Assembly (NCBI RefSeq): GCF_001194135.2
Contig: NC_068985.1
Location: 70,084,572 to 70,134,573, forward strand
Origin: Octopus bimaculoides
Lineage: Eukaryota
DNA length: 50,002 nt
Direction: 5' to 3'
Shown: positions 26,233 through 41,026 of the stretch, in pieces
Numbering within the stretch: position 1 is the first letter of the stretch
How the letters are laid out: each line of letters begins with the position of its first letter
Translations under genes and position numbers: made by a program
The notes under the pieces: generated by a model
Database searches by the model: none
What the model saw: the letters and a program-made list of their open reading frames with translations, nothing else
What the model was told of the DNA's origin: nothing

Positions 26233-27444
26233 TTCGGAGCAGCAGCAACACCAAGAAATGCAGTAACAACAACTATACAAAGGTGGAAAGCTGCAAGCTG
26301 GCAAGACTCCAGCCTCGACACTGTAGCAAAGGCAATAATTAAATTTGTTTCAATGCATCAGTTGAAACTGCTCATGTAGAAATATAACAAATGTTGGCTT
26401 GAATCGCAGCCTTAAGCGAACATCGCATTGAAAAGTCTCACATTATTCAAATTTCATTGCTTGCTATGACAACTGGAACCTCTGCAAAAGCGCGTGACAT
26501 GCAAGAAGTGACAGCTAGATCTCACTCAAAATCATATCCTACAGTCTTTTGAACAACAGTAATACTCGGTAAGGTAGAATATGATACACCTATTTTAAAT
26601 AAAAATGGTATAGAATGATTACTGTTGGAACATTATTGAGCATTATCCAACCCTTGGGCTGAGCTAATGTTCGAACAAACAATTTTTTCTCCCCAAATTC
26701 ACACGCCTATATATCAACAACTTATTGACTACGAGAACAACACCTGCGCGGGTGAGGCCAACACTTATTTCTCCCTCTCCTTACGGACATTGGCAGATCT
26801 TTTCAGTTGCTCAACATCACCGACATCAGAAAATCTACAAACTTCATGTACATTTTACTTTCATCCAGATCAAGTTATTAAAAACAGAAAAAAAAAAAAA
26901 AAATAAGGCTAGGAGTCTTGTATTACAGTTGTTTCTCATTTTCTCTTAACACAGTCTATTTAGGACGCAGCTTGCTCCTATCGTAACAAAACCGTTGTTA
27001 TAGCTGCCGACACTCTTTTCGCCACCATTACCACTACCGCAGCAGTAATTCGCATCACTACTTTAACTAGTATTAGCACCACCACTGTCATGTATATCAT
27101 CAATACGACCACTATCGTCATTATTATCATCATAACTACGAAGAAGAACCACCACTACTATTTCCCCAATATCACCTCTGCGATAACAGACACCATCATC
27201 TGCATCGTCTTCATCAATCTATTATCAATCATGCCCCAGCATAACTGAAACAATTATATATGTATACATATATATGTAATGCTTTTCTAGAACAATATCT
27301 ATTAGATAAAATGAGACACAGTTATAACCTTACGGAATCTACTGCTATTGACTATTGTAGTTATGAAAGTAATTATGATGGTGGCGTACTTGGGACGATG
27401 ATAGTGATGAAGTTGGTGCTGGTAGATCGCTAACCATTATACAT

Positions 27445-27604
27445 TCTCTTTTTCTCTCCTTGTTTCTTTCTGTGTTCCTTTCTGTGGAAGAGCATAGGCT
27501 CGAATGTTAAGAACTTTTTCACTTCCCGAGCGTTATACTAATACATCTGTTTGTTTTCTACACCACCTGTCTTCGTTTTATGTTTTTTTTTGTCAATTCT
27601 CCCT
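27445..27604 (+). mobile_element. Solo Penelope-like pseudo-LTR / 3' end
   Basis: Clearly homologous to 49820-49987 (GAAGAGC.TAG.CT.GAA..TTCCCGAGCG..TACTAATACATC..CACCACCTGTC..TTCTCCC); followed by TA-rich sequence. Confidence 0.75.
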
Positions 27605-28757
27605 GTATATACATATATTCGATTCGAGATTGTGTTAACATCATTAAGGGATGATTTCGTCCGAGGAAATACTGCTTCAGTACCTAGTATCTTGGTGGAA
27701 TTAATTTTCTTAAAACAATACGTACATATATATAAAAAACATATAGCTTATATTCATGTAAAAGAAGAGAAAGAAAATAGAGATTAGGGAATTAATATTT
27801 GTTTATTATTAACAGCAAATTAATCAACGTCACTTTTTCAATTCATAGTCAGTAAATATTAAGTAGATAAGTAGATATTAAATTTATATTTATATTACAT
27901 GAGCATAATATCTTCAGGGGATAAAAATATACTCTTGGATGCTTTATAGCAAACAGATTCAGTCTGCTATAATGAATACATAAACGATGATAAAATTGAA
28001 ACAGCTGTAAGTGCAGATGATCGTCGTCGTGCTTACTATAACAGCAGTGATAGTGATGGTGACATTGATATTATAATGACAGGGGAGACTATAGTCATAT
28101 TGTTATTGGAAAGGGCAAATGTGATGAATATGAAGGTAATAATTGTTTCTAATATAAAAACAAGGCTAACAATCTGAAGAGATGGGTTTCCTCGATTATA
28201 TTCAGACCAGTATCCGACTGATAATTCATTTATCGAATCCGAAGGGATGAAATGCAAAGTTGAACACATAATGTAAAGAGCCGTAAATAATTATCATCAA
28301 AGCATTTTGTTTTGCCCTTGGCATAGAGGTAATCAAAAACCAATTATTGATATTAGAGAGCGGGGTTTTCTAGTGACGGTAATTTTGTTGATGGTGATGT
28401 TGATGGTGCTGGTAGTTGTCCTGATAATGGTTAGAGTAGATGATGATCATAATTTTTATTGCTAATAGTGATACCAACAACGATGATAGTTGTGTCCCTA
28501 GTTACATGATTGTTGTAGTAGAGATGGGAGTAGGTTCGTTATATTCTTATTCACGTGTGTGCATTTCTGTCCGCCTTTGATCAGATTACACTCCAGCCGT
28601 GACCATCCCATCATTTCAGGAGTCTTACGCAATGTATCTACAACCTAAGTACTTGATTTGTTTAGTCATCAGAGCCATCGCTTTTGGGTCATTGTTCTCA
28701 TGTGAATCCCTGTCGCGAGACCAACTTTGCTTTTCATGCTTTCCATTGCAATTTTCT

Positions 28758-29257
<500 letters not shown>

Positions 29258-29651
29258 AGAAACTATTAGTTAAGTATTGGATTAAATTCTACCTTTATCA
29301 CTTTTTCATTATTTTTCTCTCTTTATCTTTCTCACACAAATATATACTCTCTCTTTGAATCTCCTCTTCTCTCTTTTCCCAACCCTTTCCACACATACAA
29401 ACATAGACACATCGTCACTGGGGGATATCCGCTGTGTTTACTCTTGGAAATCGATGAACTCGCCTCGTATTAAATGCCTAAGATATGCCAACTGTCACGC
29501 CTACGCCTCCAGACCCCCATTAAGATTTCAGAGACTCCATTTAAGGTTATATTAACTAATAAGTCCTTTCAATTTCTTTTTGAATTTTCAGTGATGCATG
29601 CTGAGTCAGGTTTTGAAGTTATTTCAGACAGTTAGTGCAAAAAGCAGTGAA

Positions 29652-29892
29652 GGAGCGTGGCTTATTGGTCAGGGTATTCGGCTCACGATCGCAAGGTCTT
29701 GATTTCGATCCCGGCGATGCGTTGTGTCCTTCAGCAAGACCCTTTATTTCACGTAGCTCCAATCCACTCTGCTGTCACGCTGAATCTCCGAGATCTACGT
29801 TAATAGTACACGTGTCTGTGGAGTGCTCAACTACTTGCACTTCAATTGCACGAGAAGCCTGTTCCGCTGATTGGATCAACTGGAAACCCCGA
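29652..29892 (+). mobile_element. Type C tRNA-derived SINE (head variant 1)
   Basis: A-box-like TGGCTTATTGG and B-box-like GATTTCGATCCC; 29773-29890 is homologous to 40878-40998. Confidence 0.8.
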
Positions 29893-30244
29893 TGGAGGGC
29901 TGTGCGAAAGCCAGGCGTATTGTTCTGTGAGTTCTTGTTATTAATACTTTATTTAATTGTATTGCTTAGTATTGACAATAGAATGACGGTGAAGACGATA
30001 GAGTTGACGGTTGATGTTATCGCTGAGGTGATGCTGGTGAAACATTAGATGAGATTTCGGTGGTCTTCACAATGAAGATGGAAGTCGTACTGATGGTATA
30101 GATCATAGCGTTGACTGTAAGATTGATGGTGCTGATGATAGTATTAGGAGTGATACGAAAAATGTCTGTTGCATTGAAGGTGGTAAATATAGTGATGGTG
30201 AAGAGAGTGATGGTGACTATAACAACGATCTTTTTTTTTTATGA

Positions 30245-30401
30245 TAGGTGCATGCTTCTCAACAGCATGGTTCCCGATTCTATCCCGCTGCGCGGCGTCT
30301 TGGTCAAGAGTTTTCTACTATAGCCTTGGGCCGAGCTAAAGTCTTTTGAGTGAATTTAGCAGACAGAAAAAAAAGGAACCCGTCTTAATTATATGTGTGC
30401 A

Positions 30402-30491
<90 letters not shown>

Positions 30492-30680
30492 TGTCTCACA
30501 CCACCACTTGACAACCGGTGTTGATGTGCTTTCATTCCCATTACATAGCAGTTCAGCAAGACTAACAGACATTATAAGTGCTGGAATCGAGTCGTATGGC
30601 TAAAAACCCATCAACGTGTGCCCCAGAGTAGTTGCGGTCTCATTACTGAAAACAAAAATTTGAAGACAAAAGATAAAAGA
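30245..30680 (+). mobile_element. Type A SINE with internal (GT)n, diverged
   Basis: CATGGTTCCCGATTC..TTCTACTATAGCCTTGGGCCGA..(GT)n..CACTTGACAACCGGTG..AAAAGATAAAAGA, colinear with 28758-29257. Confidence 0.8.
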
Positions 30681-31087
30681 AATGCGCTACTTTTTGCTAT
30701 GATATTGGTGATGATGAAAACGCTGATTTTGAGGAAGTCTATACCGGTAACAGTGTTTGTTAAACAAGTGATGATAGCGTTAGTGATGGTCATGGTGAAG
30801 GTTATGTTAGCTATGAGGATGGCGATCACAAAGATGATAGTGATGATACGGTGATGACGGTAGTAGAGAGGACGTGATGGAAGTTAACAGTCCTCTAAGG
30901 GTAAACGTACAAGCAGGAACTTTTGGTCGGCCCGTCTTATTTTGCGACTTCAATATGCAAATGTATCCTTTTATGCATAAATCATAAGAACTGATTCGAA
31001 GAACAATTTGTTACTATCTCGAAAGAGGCCAAGGGATCTCGTACTTGCATATGGCTGTGCTGACGCGACATGGGCAGGTGAAGAAGA

Positions 31088-31097
31088 TATAATGATG

Positions 31098-31174
<77 letters not shown>

Positions 31175-31203
31175 CAGCAGCAGCAGCAGCAGCAGCAGCA
31201 GCA
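31088..31203. repeat. (TAG)n then (CAG)n
   Basis: Direct reading. Confidence 0.95.
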
Positions 31204-31759
31204 TTGGTGTTGACAGTAGCACCAGTAGAGGAACTGGTAGCAGCAGTTTATGTGTTGCTGTTGTAATTGATATGGTTTAGCACAAAGTCAACTCTGAATC
31301 AACGACTCTTTGATCAAAACATGGTCAACGTGTAATAATAATGTATTGGTTGCAGGAACAATGTATCCAGGACTGCATTAGTCAATATATTATTTCACAC
31401 ATTTTACCATTTATTCATTAAAATGTCATTCTTTTCTAAGTAGAACTGTCTGATATTTCTTGTAGGCCGAAAAGAGCTCATGGAAGTTGCTTGATTATCT
31501 TGTGAAGTTTGAGATTATAGCAATGGCGGAAACTTATACAACAAGGTCGGAAAGAGGCTGTGAAGTGAGGGCTGACAGGTGCTTAAATAGTTTGTTTACA
31601 CTATAGATAGCAATGTCTGTGAGAATTCAAAATAATATTCTCCATTACAGTCGGTATGTTCGTCTTCTGTTTACATTTCTCACAATTCTGTCCATTGAAA
31701 AATATCATGTTGACTTTTTGTTTAATACTCCATGTTGTAACTGAATGGCATATTTGTTT

Positions 31760-32680
31760 ATGAATGTGTGCGTGCGTGTGTTTGTGTGTGTGCCTATGAC
31801 TCTGTGTCTGTCTGTAGTGTGCTTCTGTGTTTGTCTGTCTTGGCTGGTGCTATGGAGTCAATGTGTCTCTATATCCGTAGAGTTATGTGTTGTACGTTAG
31901 TGTTTACTTGCTTGTTCGTGTATCTCAGTGACTTTCATCGTAGAGACGCATATTCATACACACACGCGTACACACGCACACGCACAAAGAAACACACATG
32001 CACACAGAAACACACACGCACACATATATAAGCATTGACTTTACTCACACATGCATGCTTTAATGATTTACATACAAATATATCTATACATGCCTGAGTG
32101 TGTATACATACAGATCGATGGATATATACATATATATATATATGTGCAAACGCGTACGTGTATCTATACACACACACATTCACACAGAGAAATAGAAAAT
32201 GCATATATTTTACTCCAACCTGTTGCTCTACAAAGCAATAACAGACCACTTGGCCACCTCCCAATTCACAAATCAAACGTAAACACACACACGCGCGCGC
32301 GCGCGCGTACACACGGGCAAATATATTAATATTCATACACATAATCAGATTTGTCCATGTAAATGCATAAATATACGTGTATACAAACATGCACGCATAC
32401 ATACATTAATAAAAGAAATAATACATACATATATACATGTATACATACATATATGCAAAAATACATATATGCAAAAATACATATATACATAGATACATAC
32501 GTTCGTATATACGTACGCACGTACATCACTTCACATTGCAACATTTCTCTTTAAGTGTTGTTGACAGAAATATGTTTTTTTCTTATCCATTTCTTTTGAT
32601 CTCTCGACAACTTTGCTTTCCTGCCGAATATCAATACTATAATACATGCATATACAGATATATACATGTATTTATGTATG

Positions 32681-32727
<47 letters not shown>

Positions 32728-33200
32728 ATATCTCTCTCTCTCTATATATATATANNNNNNNNNNNNNNNNNNNNNNNNNNNNNNNNNNNNNNNNNNNNNN
32801 NNNNNNNNNNNNNNNNNNNNNNNNNNNNNNNNNNNNNNNNNNNNNNNNNNNNNNNNNNNNNNNNNNNNNNNNNNNNNNNNNNNNNNNNNNNNNNNNNNNN
32901 NNNNNNNNNNNNNNATACATATATACATAGATACATACGTTCGTATATACGTACGCACGTACATCACTTCACATTGCAACATTTCTCTTTAAGTGTTGTT
33001 GACAGAAATATGTTTTTTTCTTATCCATTTCTTTTGATCTCTCGACAACTTTGCTTTCCTGCCGAATATCAATACTATAATACATGCATATACAGATATA
33101 TACATGTATATATGCGTAATTATATGTGTCTTTGTGTAGACATCTATATACACAAATATATATGGCTGTATGTGAGAGAGTACGTGTGTAATTTTACGTA
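31760..33200. repeat. CA/TA/CATA low-complexity field around an N gap
   Basis: Direct reading. Confidence 0.85.
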
Positions 33201-35125
33201 CGTGTATAGAGTGCGGGAAACTCAGATATGAGAAGAAGTAAGATATTAAAGAAAAGGAACAAAGAAAATAACAAAATAATAAAAGAAATTCAAATTCTAG
33301 CAAAAAATATATATAAGAAGCAAGCAAAGAAGGATGGAAGGAAAGAGGGAAAAGAAAGTGAAAACTGAAAGTATAAACACTATAAAGACGAAAGAGTATA
33401 TATATTGGAGCAGCAAATAGAGGATGACTCAAGTATAGTACATGATTGGTGAGTAACGTAATAGATTTAGAGAGAGGAAATGTTGAAGTGAGAAAGTCGA
33501 ACTAAGATTATCGAAGATTGTTAAAAGATTGTTGGAATATTGAGTTTGGAAGAGAAAGAGAGAGAGAGTAACAAATTGAAAGATGGTGATAAAATGAAAT
33601 AGCGTGAGAGGGGGAGGGGGAGATTGTGCAAAATAAACTGAAGTCCTGAGAAAGAAGCAAAGAAAGAACGAGACGAACTTAATATTTTAAAAGAAAGGTA
33701 AGCAGACAATTCTCATTGGAAATTTGTTCACATCTACGAACTGCAAAGTCTGCTGTGTAAGCTGATATTTCGAACACCAAAACCAGAAAAAAAAAACAAG
33801 GATAAGAAAATGAGAGTAAACTATGTGGTCCAATCAAATTGATAATTTTTAACTTTTGTTGTGAGTTTCGCCACAGAAATTATTCCACAACCAATATAAA
33901 GAGTCGAATCGGTCCTCATACCGATTTACCTCGGCCGTAACGTTTTTTAAAATTAAGACAAAGTGCACTGAGATATCAACATCAACTGGTTGGAAGTGAA
34001 GTTTCTTTTTGCTATAGAAGAGAAGATCAATATTATGCAGATACAGACACTGTGAAATAGAAATGGCTAGGTCAAGGCATGGGAATGCTCACACAAACTC
34101 ACATTCAGAGCATGGAAAAGATACCGAACCTGATTAACCTACCACACGGCACAAAATTGCACCAAGCATTGAGGGCGGAAATCCAAGGTGTCACTTCTGA
34201 AGTAACAAAAATCATTGAAGTATTTTTGCTCGCATCAAGAGACCATCATTTCTGCCAATATCATCACCATCAACACTACCGCCATCACCTCATCAACAAC
34301 AACAGTAATAAATACAGCTACAACAGGACAAACAAAGGTATGCTATTGCAGCAACAACGAGAGTAAACATAGCATCCGCGAAAACAGCAGTAAGAGCAGC
34401 AGCAACAACTACAACACAGAAAGAGGAAACTAAAACATGAACAGTGACAACACGAGTGGAGGCAAACAAAACACAGAAAATACTCCACCAATAACTACTA
34501 TATTAGAACCAATAGTAACAAAGATAGTGACCGACGCCCCCAAAACAACAATAAACATATGAACAAAACAATTCCAAAATCCCCCAAAAGTAAGACATTT
34601 CAGAAAGCTGGGTGATACGAAACAATAGAGTATGTACCTTCAAAAAACGATACACCAACACCACCACCCCTAATAGCAGCGACCCCAGCACTATCAACAC
34701 TCGTAATACGTCACCGTCATCAACACCGCTAACAGTTGCACCATTATCACAATCACAAACATATTAACATTCAGAATACTGCCCCCAATACGAACAAGAA
34801 CATGACAATACAAATTACCCATCCATAAATACAAACAATAAAACACAAATGGAACATATGTAGGAAATTACTAACACCGCACCAGACAACTACATCACGT
34901 TAAGAAATAGAATTCCACCGCACAAAACTAATCCAAATTTCGTAAAACACATGCACGTCTTTAAAAAATAACTATCCTAAACAAGGAAAATTCAGGTCCT
35001 ACTTGAACAGAAGACCATACGAAGATTCGTTCGTGGAAATACCCACATCTAGCATAAGGGGCAAAATTCCTATTCCTATACAGAAAGTGCGTGTCTCTTT
35101 TTATTCCCCTTCTCCTTTGTCTAAC

Positions 35126-36240
35126 ATGACCCTTATCACAATAGCCATTGTAAATGAACTCGACCTAGGGTCGCATTTTAAGAAGGCCACCTACACAACG
35201 ACTTCAGGACACTAGATATACATGGAGGGTGATGGCACTACAATATTTTTTCCGAAAAGCGTGGTAGATGCAATGCACACTTAGATTTTACGAATTTAGC
35301 TGATAGGAGATAGGATTGCAAAAACCTCGCATATCTGCTCAGACGTATCCAGCCATGTAACAGGTACCCACTGGATTTTCCGAATGTGCCAATTTGTACA
35401 TGGACGAACCACATCGGATCATCCAGCTCCTATCTAGATAGAGTATTGTGTAGGCCAGTGCATAAGGGCATAAGGATAGCATAAATTGTTTGCTTTTTAA
35501 ATATGTCGACAGGTAGGCCCCGAAATAGTGATAGGGTGCGCATGCAGGGATCCAGTTACTGGGAGCTGAACGCGTTACTCCCGGCGTGCCAAGATTACAG
35601 AGACGGGATTAGCAACTTACTTCAGTGGGCGTTGAAGGGTTGAATCATCAACGACAAATGGTGGTTTGTCCTGAAAAAGAGTAGAGTAGAATCAATCAGG
35701 ATTACTAAGGCTGTAGCAACAGAAAGAAATGGGTGAGAAGGATAATTAGTAACGTAGAAGAGGCGTTTAGGAATAGCATGGTAATCGACATGCTCACAGT
35801 GACATTGTCTCTTGAGCTGTTCTTCAACATTATCCTATGGATTGCATTATCACTACTAAGGTACGTACTCTGAGAAATGTCCAAAGTAGTGGAGGAGCAA
35901 CAAGGCAACACATTTATAAGTCAGTCTTTGGTAGGCCAAAATAGGCGCATGTTATTCAAGTTTGATCGGATGTACAGCATTTCAGCAGCAATTTATTCGA
36001 CTGTATGGGACAAGTGGTGAAGTTGAACGCAGGATGGACATCAGTGCCAACATCTTGGCAAGGGAGGTTTAGCCTCACAAAACTTCAATAATTCCAGCGA
36101 TGATGGTCTGCATGGTGGAGCTGAGAGCACATTCTTTGCACTAGGAGTTTTACTTCTATATGCCAAGACTTATTTGCGACCTCTTACCAATTATCTACCG
36201 CAACTGGCACCAGAACGGGAGAAACCCTAGTTCTGTCAGT
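35126..36240 (+). mobile_element. Second, more decayed copy of the Tx1-like ORF2 with internal deletions
   Basis: MTLITIAIVN..LGS, EGDGTTIFFPK, CTWTNHIGSSSSYLDRVLCR, GSSYWELN, KWWFVLKKSRVESIR, EFYFYMP..IYRNWHQNGR, all colinear with 15172-13680 on the minus strand. Confidence 0.85.
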
Positions 36241-36384
36241 GTAGTTCTGTGAGTTGAGGACCTGTGGCATATATAAGAAAGGATATATCAAGGATATAGG
36301 AGATTTTAGGCCTTTCAAAGAAAGGCCCATAAAGAAAGTATATACTCATGGGTATAGATTTTAGGTCCATAATTCTGCTAATTA

Positions 36385-36600
36385 TGGAGTTCGCGATCAT
36401 GCTCACGAAGACCCCTATCCGGCGCAGGGGTGAAAAACGCCGCAAATGGTAGGTTTATATTCCCGTTGAAGATGTTGAAAATCAGGATGTGATGTCCCCG
36501 CATCCTCCGTCGTTCCTGATACGTAAGATTAGACAAGTCGTTTTGCCTTGGTACAGTTGCAAGTTGCCTTTCCACGAATGTTATCCACTCCGCACTTTCT
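36385..36600 (-). mobile_element. CR1-like LINE C-terminal fragment
   Basis: VERQLATVP..LTYQERRRMRGHHILIFNIFNG..FAAFFTPAPDRGLREHD matches the CR1 pattern L.Y.ERL..RR.RGD.I..FKI..G..LRGH. Confidence 0.7.
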
Positions 36601-36930
36601 TTACGTCCCATGGGCCTCTAAATTTCTCTCCAAAATATTTTACAGTCTTCCGCATCAGAAATCACTTCCTCTTTTTCCTCAAAATATGATACCAATTTGA
36701 ATGAAATAATTTATTCTGTTCCAAACCATGCCGCCTAGCCTCATATCTTTTCAATTATGTCTCTAACGCCGTCACTCTTTGTGACATTTCTCCATGTAGT
36801 TTGCTTTCCACTTTCTTCTAACCTGTACTGTCCATTCAATTTTCTGATTGCTACCATATATTTGAGTTTTTTTATTATCCTATTTAATTGGTCCATGCCG
36901 TTTCCAACTTCATTCGTGTTCTCTTCTTCC

Positions 36931-37039
<109 letters not shown>

Positions 37040-37629
37040 TTCAATCATTATTAAGGGCATTTTTTGTCAGAATCAATAACGAGTTGGACAAAGCACCCTG
37101 CGTTATTCAGTGACGTCCCTTTATCTTCTGAATTCATATCCCTCCAGGCTCTGCTTTCCTTTTCATCTTTCAAATACTGGTTTGGACTTAATTTACTGTT
37201 ATCTGGCAGGAAATGCGTGGCCTCGTGCCAAACTCTGAAATCAATTACAACTCTTTTCAGAGCTAAAATATTTTCTGAACCTAAAACGAACCCCGTCGTT
37301 GGGATGCAGGTTTGGAAGATGAACAGATTGTAAGACAGATTTTTACCGAGTTATGGTTTTAGGCGAGTTATTCGTGAATGTGATACAAGTGAATCCACAG
37401 GCTGTGACGTCAGTGACGTGGTTGCGACTAAGGGAGAAGAAGTGAAAGAGAGAAAGACGGGGGAGAGAGAGGGTTAAATAGAGGAATATAAAATTAGAGC
37501 AATTGTGAGACTGGTGGAAAAAGAAAACAGTGAGAAAATATTGGTGAAAAATAGGAAAACGGTGAGCCAGATTGGCATATTAAACAAAAGTGGGAAATAG
37601 ACAGAGCAAGAGACAAATAGACAGTAAAT

Positions 37630-37639
37630 AAATAGATAG

Positions 37640-37680
<41 letters not shown>

Positions 37681-37765
37681 TATAGATACAAACATACATA
37701 CATACATACATACATACATACATACATACATAGACAGACATATAGATAGATAGACAGACAGATAT

Positions 37766-37796
<31 letters not shown>

Positions 37797-37812
37797 TAGA
37801 TAGGTAGATAGG

Positions 37813-37876
<64 letters not shown>

Positions 37877-37957
37877 TATAGATACAAACATACATACATA
37901 CATACATACATACATACATACATAGACAGACATATAGATAGATAGACAGACAGATAT

Positions 37958-37988
<31 letters not shown>

Positions 37989-38004
37989 TAGATAGGTAGA
38001 TAGG

Positions 38005-38055
<51 letters not shown>

Positions 38056-38065
38056 GTAGGTAGAT
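37630..38065. repeat. Compound GATA/GA/CATA/GACA microsatellite duplicated with about 196-bp period
   Basis: TATAGATACAAACATAC at 37681 and 37877, each followed by the same succession of blocks. Confidence 0.85.
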
Positions 38066-40645
38066 AGATAAGGAAGAACCGAGAAAGAGAGATAGAATAT
38101 CAGAGAGACAATGAAGGATACCGATATTGAGAATGACACAATACGTGATGAACTAAATAAAGATACGGTTTGTCTGACAAAACATACAAACGCTAAATAG
38201 AAAATAATGGGAATGAAGAAAACAAAAACTTAAGACAATTGAAGATAGTGGAACAGAGAGGGAGAGAGACTGAGAGAAAGGAAGACAGAGAGATTGACTG
38301 GCTAACGATGACTGACGGAGACAAATTTGGTACAGACGCATTAAGAATTCTACACACACACACACACACACACGCATACACACACACACGCACTAGCACA
38401 CATGCGTGTGCGGACTTGCTTGCGCGATATGAATATATATAATATGTATGTATATATATATATATATATATATATNNNNNNNNNNNNNNNNNNNNNNNNN
38501 NNNNNNNNNNNNNNNNNNNNNNNNNNNNNNNNNNNNNNNNNNNNNNNNNNNNNNNNNNNNNNNNNNNNNNNNNNNNNNNNNNNNNNNNNNNNNNNNNNNN
38601 NNNNNNNNNNNNNNNNNNNNNNNNNNNNNNNNNNNNNNNNNNNNNNNNNNNNNNNNNNNNNNNNNNNNNNNNNNNNNNNNNNNNNNNNNNNNNNNNNNNN
38701 NNNNNNNNNNNNNNNNNNNNNNNNNNNNNNNNNNNNNNNNNNNNNNNNNNNNNNNNNNNNNNNNNNNNNNNNNNNNNNNNNNNNNNNNNNNNNNNNNNNN
38801 NNNNNNNNNNNNNNNNNNNNNNNNNNNNNNNNNNNNNNNNNNNNNNNNNNNNNNNNNNNNNNNNNNNNNNNNNNNNNNNNNNNNNNNNNNNNNNNNNNNN
38901 NNNNNNNNNNNNNNNNNNNNNNNNNNNNNNNNNNNNNNNNNNNNNNNNNNNNNNNNNNNNNNNNNNNNNNNATATATATATATATATACACACACACACA
39001 TATATATATATATATACATACATGCATACATTCATACATACATACATACATACATACATACAGACATACAAACATAAATATGTTATACACATATATATGT
39101 ACAGAAATATGCATGTAAACATATCATCATACACACACACGCGCGCGCACTAACTGATGCACACACATACATAAATGTGTATAAATGTGTATATGCATAT
39201 ATATGTATACACATACGCCTATACATATACATATATTCACGTACACACATCGATACATATACCTGTGCATGTATACAAATATACATATAGCGAGGAAATG
39301 ACGTCAGAGAGTGATAAAGAGAAATGCATTCAGAAACAATGTGAGACATACAGTAAGATCAACAGAGATATAATCAGTGAAAGAGACTGAAGGACAAAGA
39401 GAGAGGGAAGGAGAGAGAAAGAGGGGGTGTGAGAGAGACGAGAAAGGAATGGAGAGATGGAGAGAGCGTGGTAAAGAAAGAGAGGGGAAAAAAGAGTATC
39501 GATAATTATGTTTTCCCTTGCTGTTTCTGTCAATATAATAGCTGTTTTTCTATGTTTTCCTGTTACAGGTCTTCTATTTGAATTACAATTTCCTCTAAAG
39601 CATTTCCTCTCTCAGCTTCACAGAAAACTTCGCCGCCACCATTAATTCCAGTGTGCCACCACTACAAGTAGCAGTACTACTATCACTGCCATAACCAACA
39701 GTGATTTGAACATCACAATAATAACAATAAGCACAGCCACCATCAACACCATAAAATGTAACATTACTTTCAACCCCATCAAACACATCGCAATTACACC
39801 TCAGCTATACTCCACCACCCACGGAGCAGCCTATACTTGGGCTTTTATTCAACGTTTAACCTGCTCAAAATAGCAACTATCTCCCTAAAATCTCATGTCT
39901 TACATGCTTGGATAATTCATTCCTAGATATATAGCTTAAAGACAGGACAGTCGCGGCTGCAATGCCTTTGGTTATATGCTGCTGTATGAGATGAAATGGT
40001 TTACTAGAACTACTGAACTAAACTACATCAATAACTATGTCAGAACTCCAACGTTACAACACCATTAGCACTTCACAACATTGAGCAATGAGCGTTCACA
40101 GTACATCAATGCAAAAACTACTTCGAATAAAAACTAAATGTCTCTTCAAAGACGAATGAATTCTGAAGCTTCGGTATTATTAAAAGAATATTTTATCATA
40201 TTCAATATTCTCCTTGATAGAATGCGTGCACATCCTGAATATCTCCCAACTCTAATACAAGAGAACATGCTGTCTAAGGCTTGTTGAGTTGTCGTTATTG
40301 TTTTGACATGAAGGAGATTTGATCTAGTTCAGCTACAATCATAGTAGGTTCAAACTAAAAGCTTACTGCATCTTTGGCATATATAGCGTAACTCAGACTA
40401 CGGGGTGTGTGATTTCAAAGATACTTGTTTATTTAGTCATTGAAAAGTGTTGCATCTTTCAGGATTAATTGTCTGCACACAGTGTTATCTCTAACATTCT
40501 GCAATGGATTTGAAATCAGTCTCTTCGAAGGAGCATTCCAATACAAAAGCAATGGTCAATGCTACTATCTATAAAAATAGAACTGCCATATAACAGAAAG
40601 CTATCTAGAGGGAAACTAATTAGTTGAAACATATCTAAGTCGAAG

Positions 40646-41026
40646 AGGCGCAATGGCTCAGTAGTCAGGGCAGCGGACACGCTGTCATAGAATCGCGGTT
40701 TCGATTCCCAGACCGGGCGTTGTGAGTATTTATTGAGCGAAAACACCTAAAAGCTCTACAAGGCTCCGGCAGGTGATGGTGGCGAACCCTGCTGTACTCT
40801 TTCACCACAACTTTCTCTCACTCTTACTTCCTGTTTCTGTTGTGCCTGTAATTCAAGGGGTCAGCCTTGTCACACTGTCTCACGCTGAATATCCCCGAGA
40901 ACTACGTTAAGGGTACACGTGTCTGTGGAGTGCTCAGCCACTTGCACGTTAATTTCACGAGCAGGCTGTTCCGTTGATTGTATCAACTGGAACCCTCGAC
41001 GTCGTAAGCGACGGAGTGCCAACAAC
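40646..41026 (+). mobile_element. Full-length type C tRNA-derived SINE (head variant 2) with 11-bp TSD
   Basis: CTAAGTCGAAG at 40635-40645 and 41027-41037; A-box-like TGGCTCAGTAG, B-box-like GTTTCGATTCCC; short CAACAAC tail. Confidence 0.92.

Noticed and set aside
32478-33108. Apparently identical ~194-bp direct repeat (32478-32671 and 32915-33108)
   Set aside because: The copies flank an N gap, which is typical of unmerged overlapping contig ends; probably an assembly artefact.
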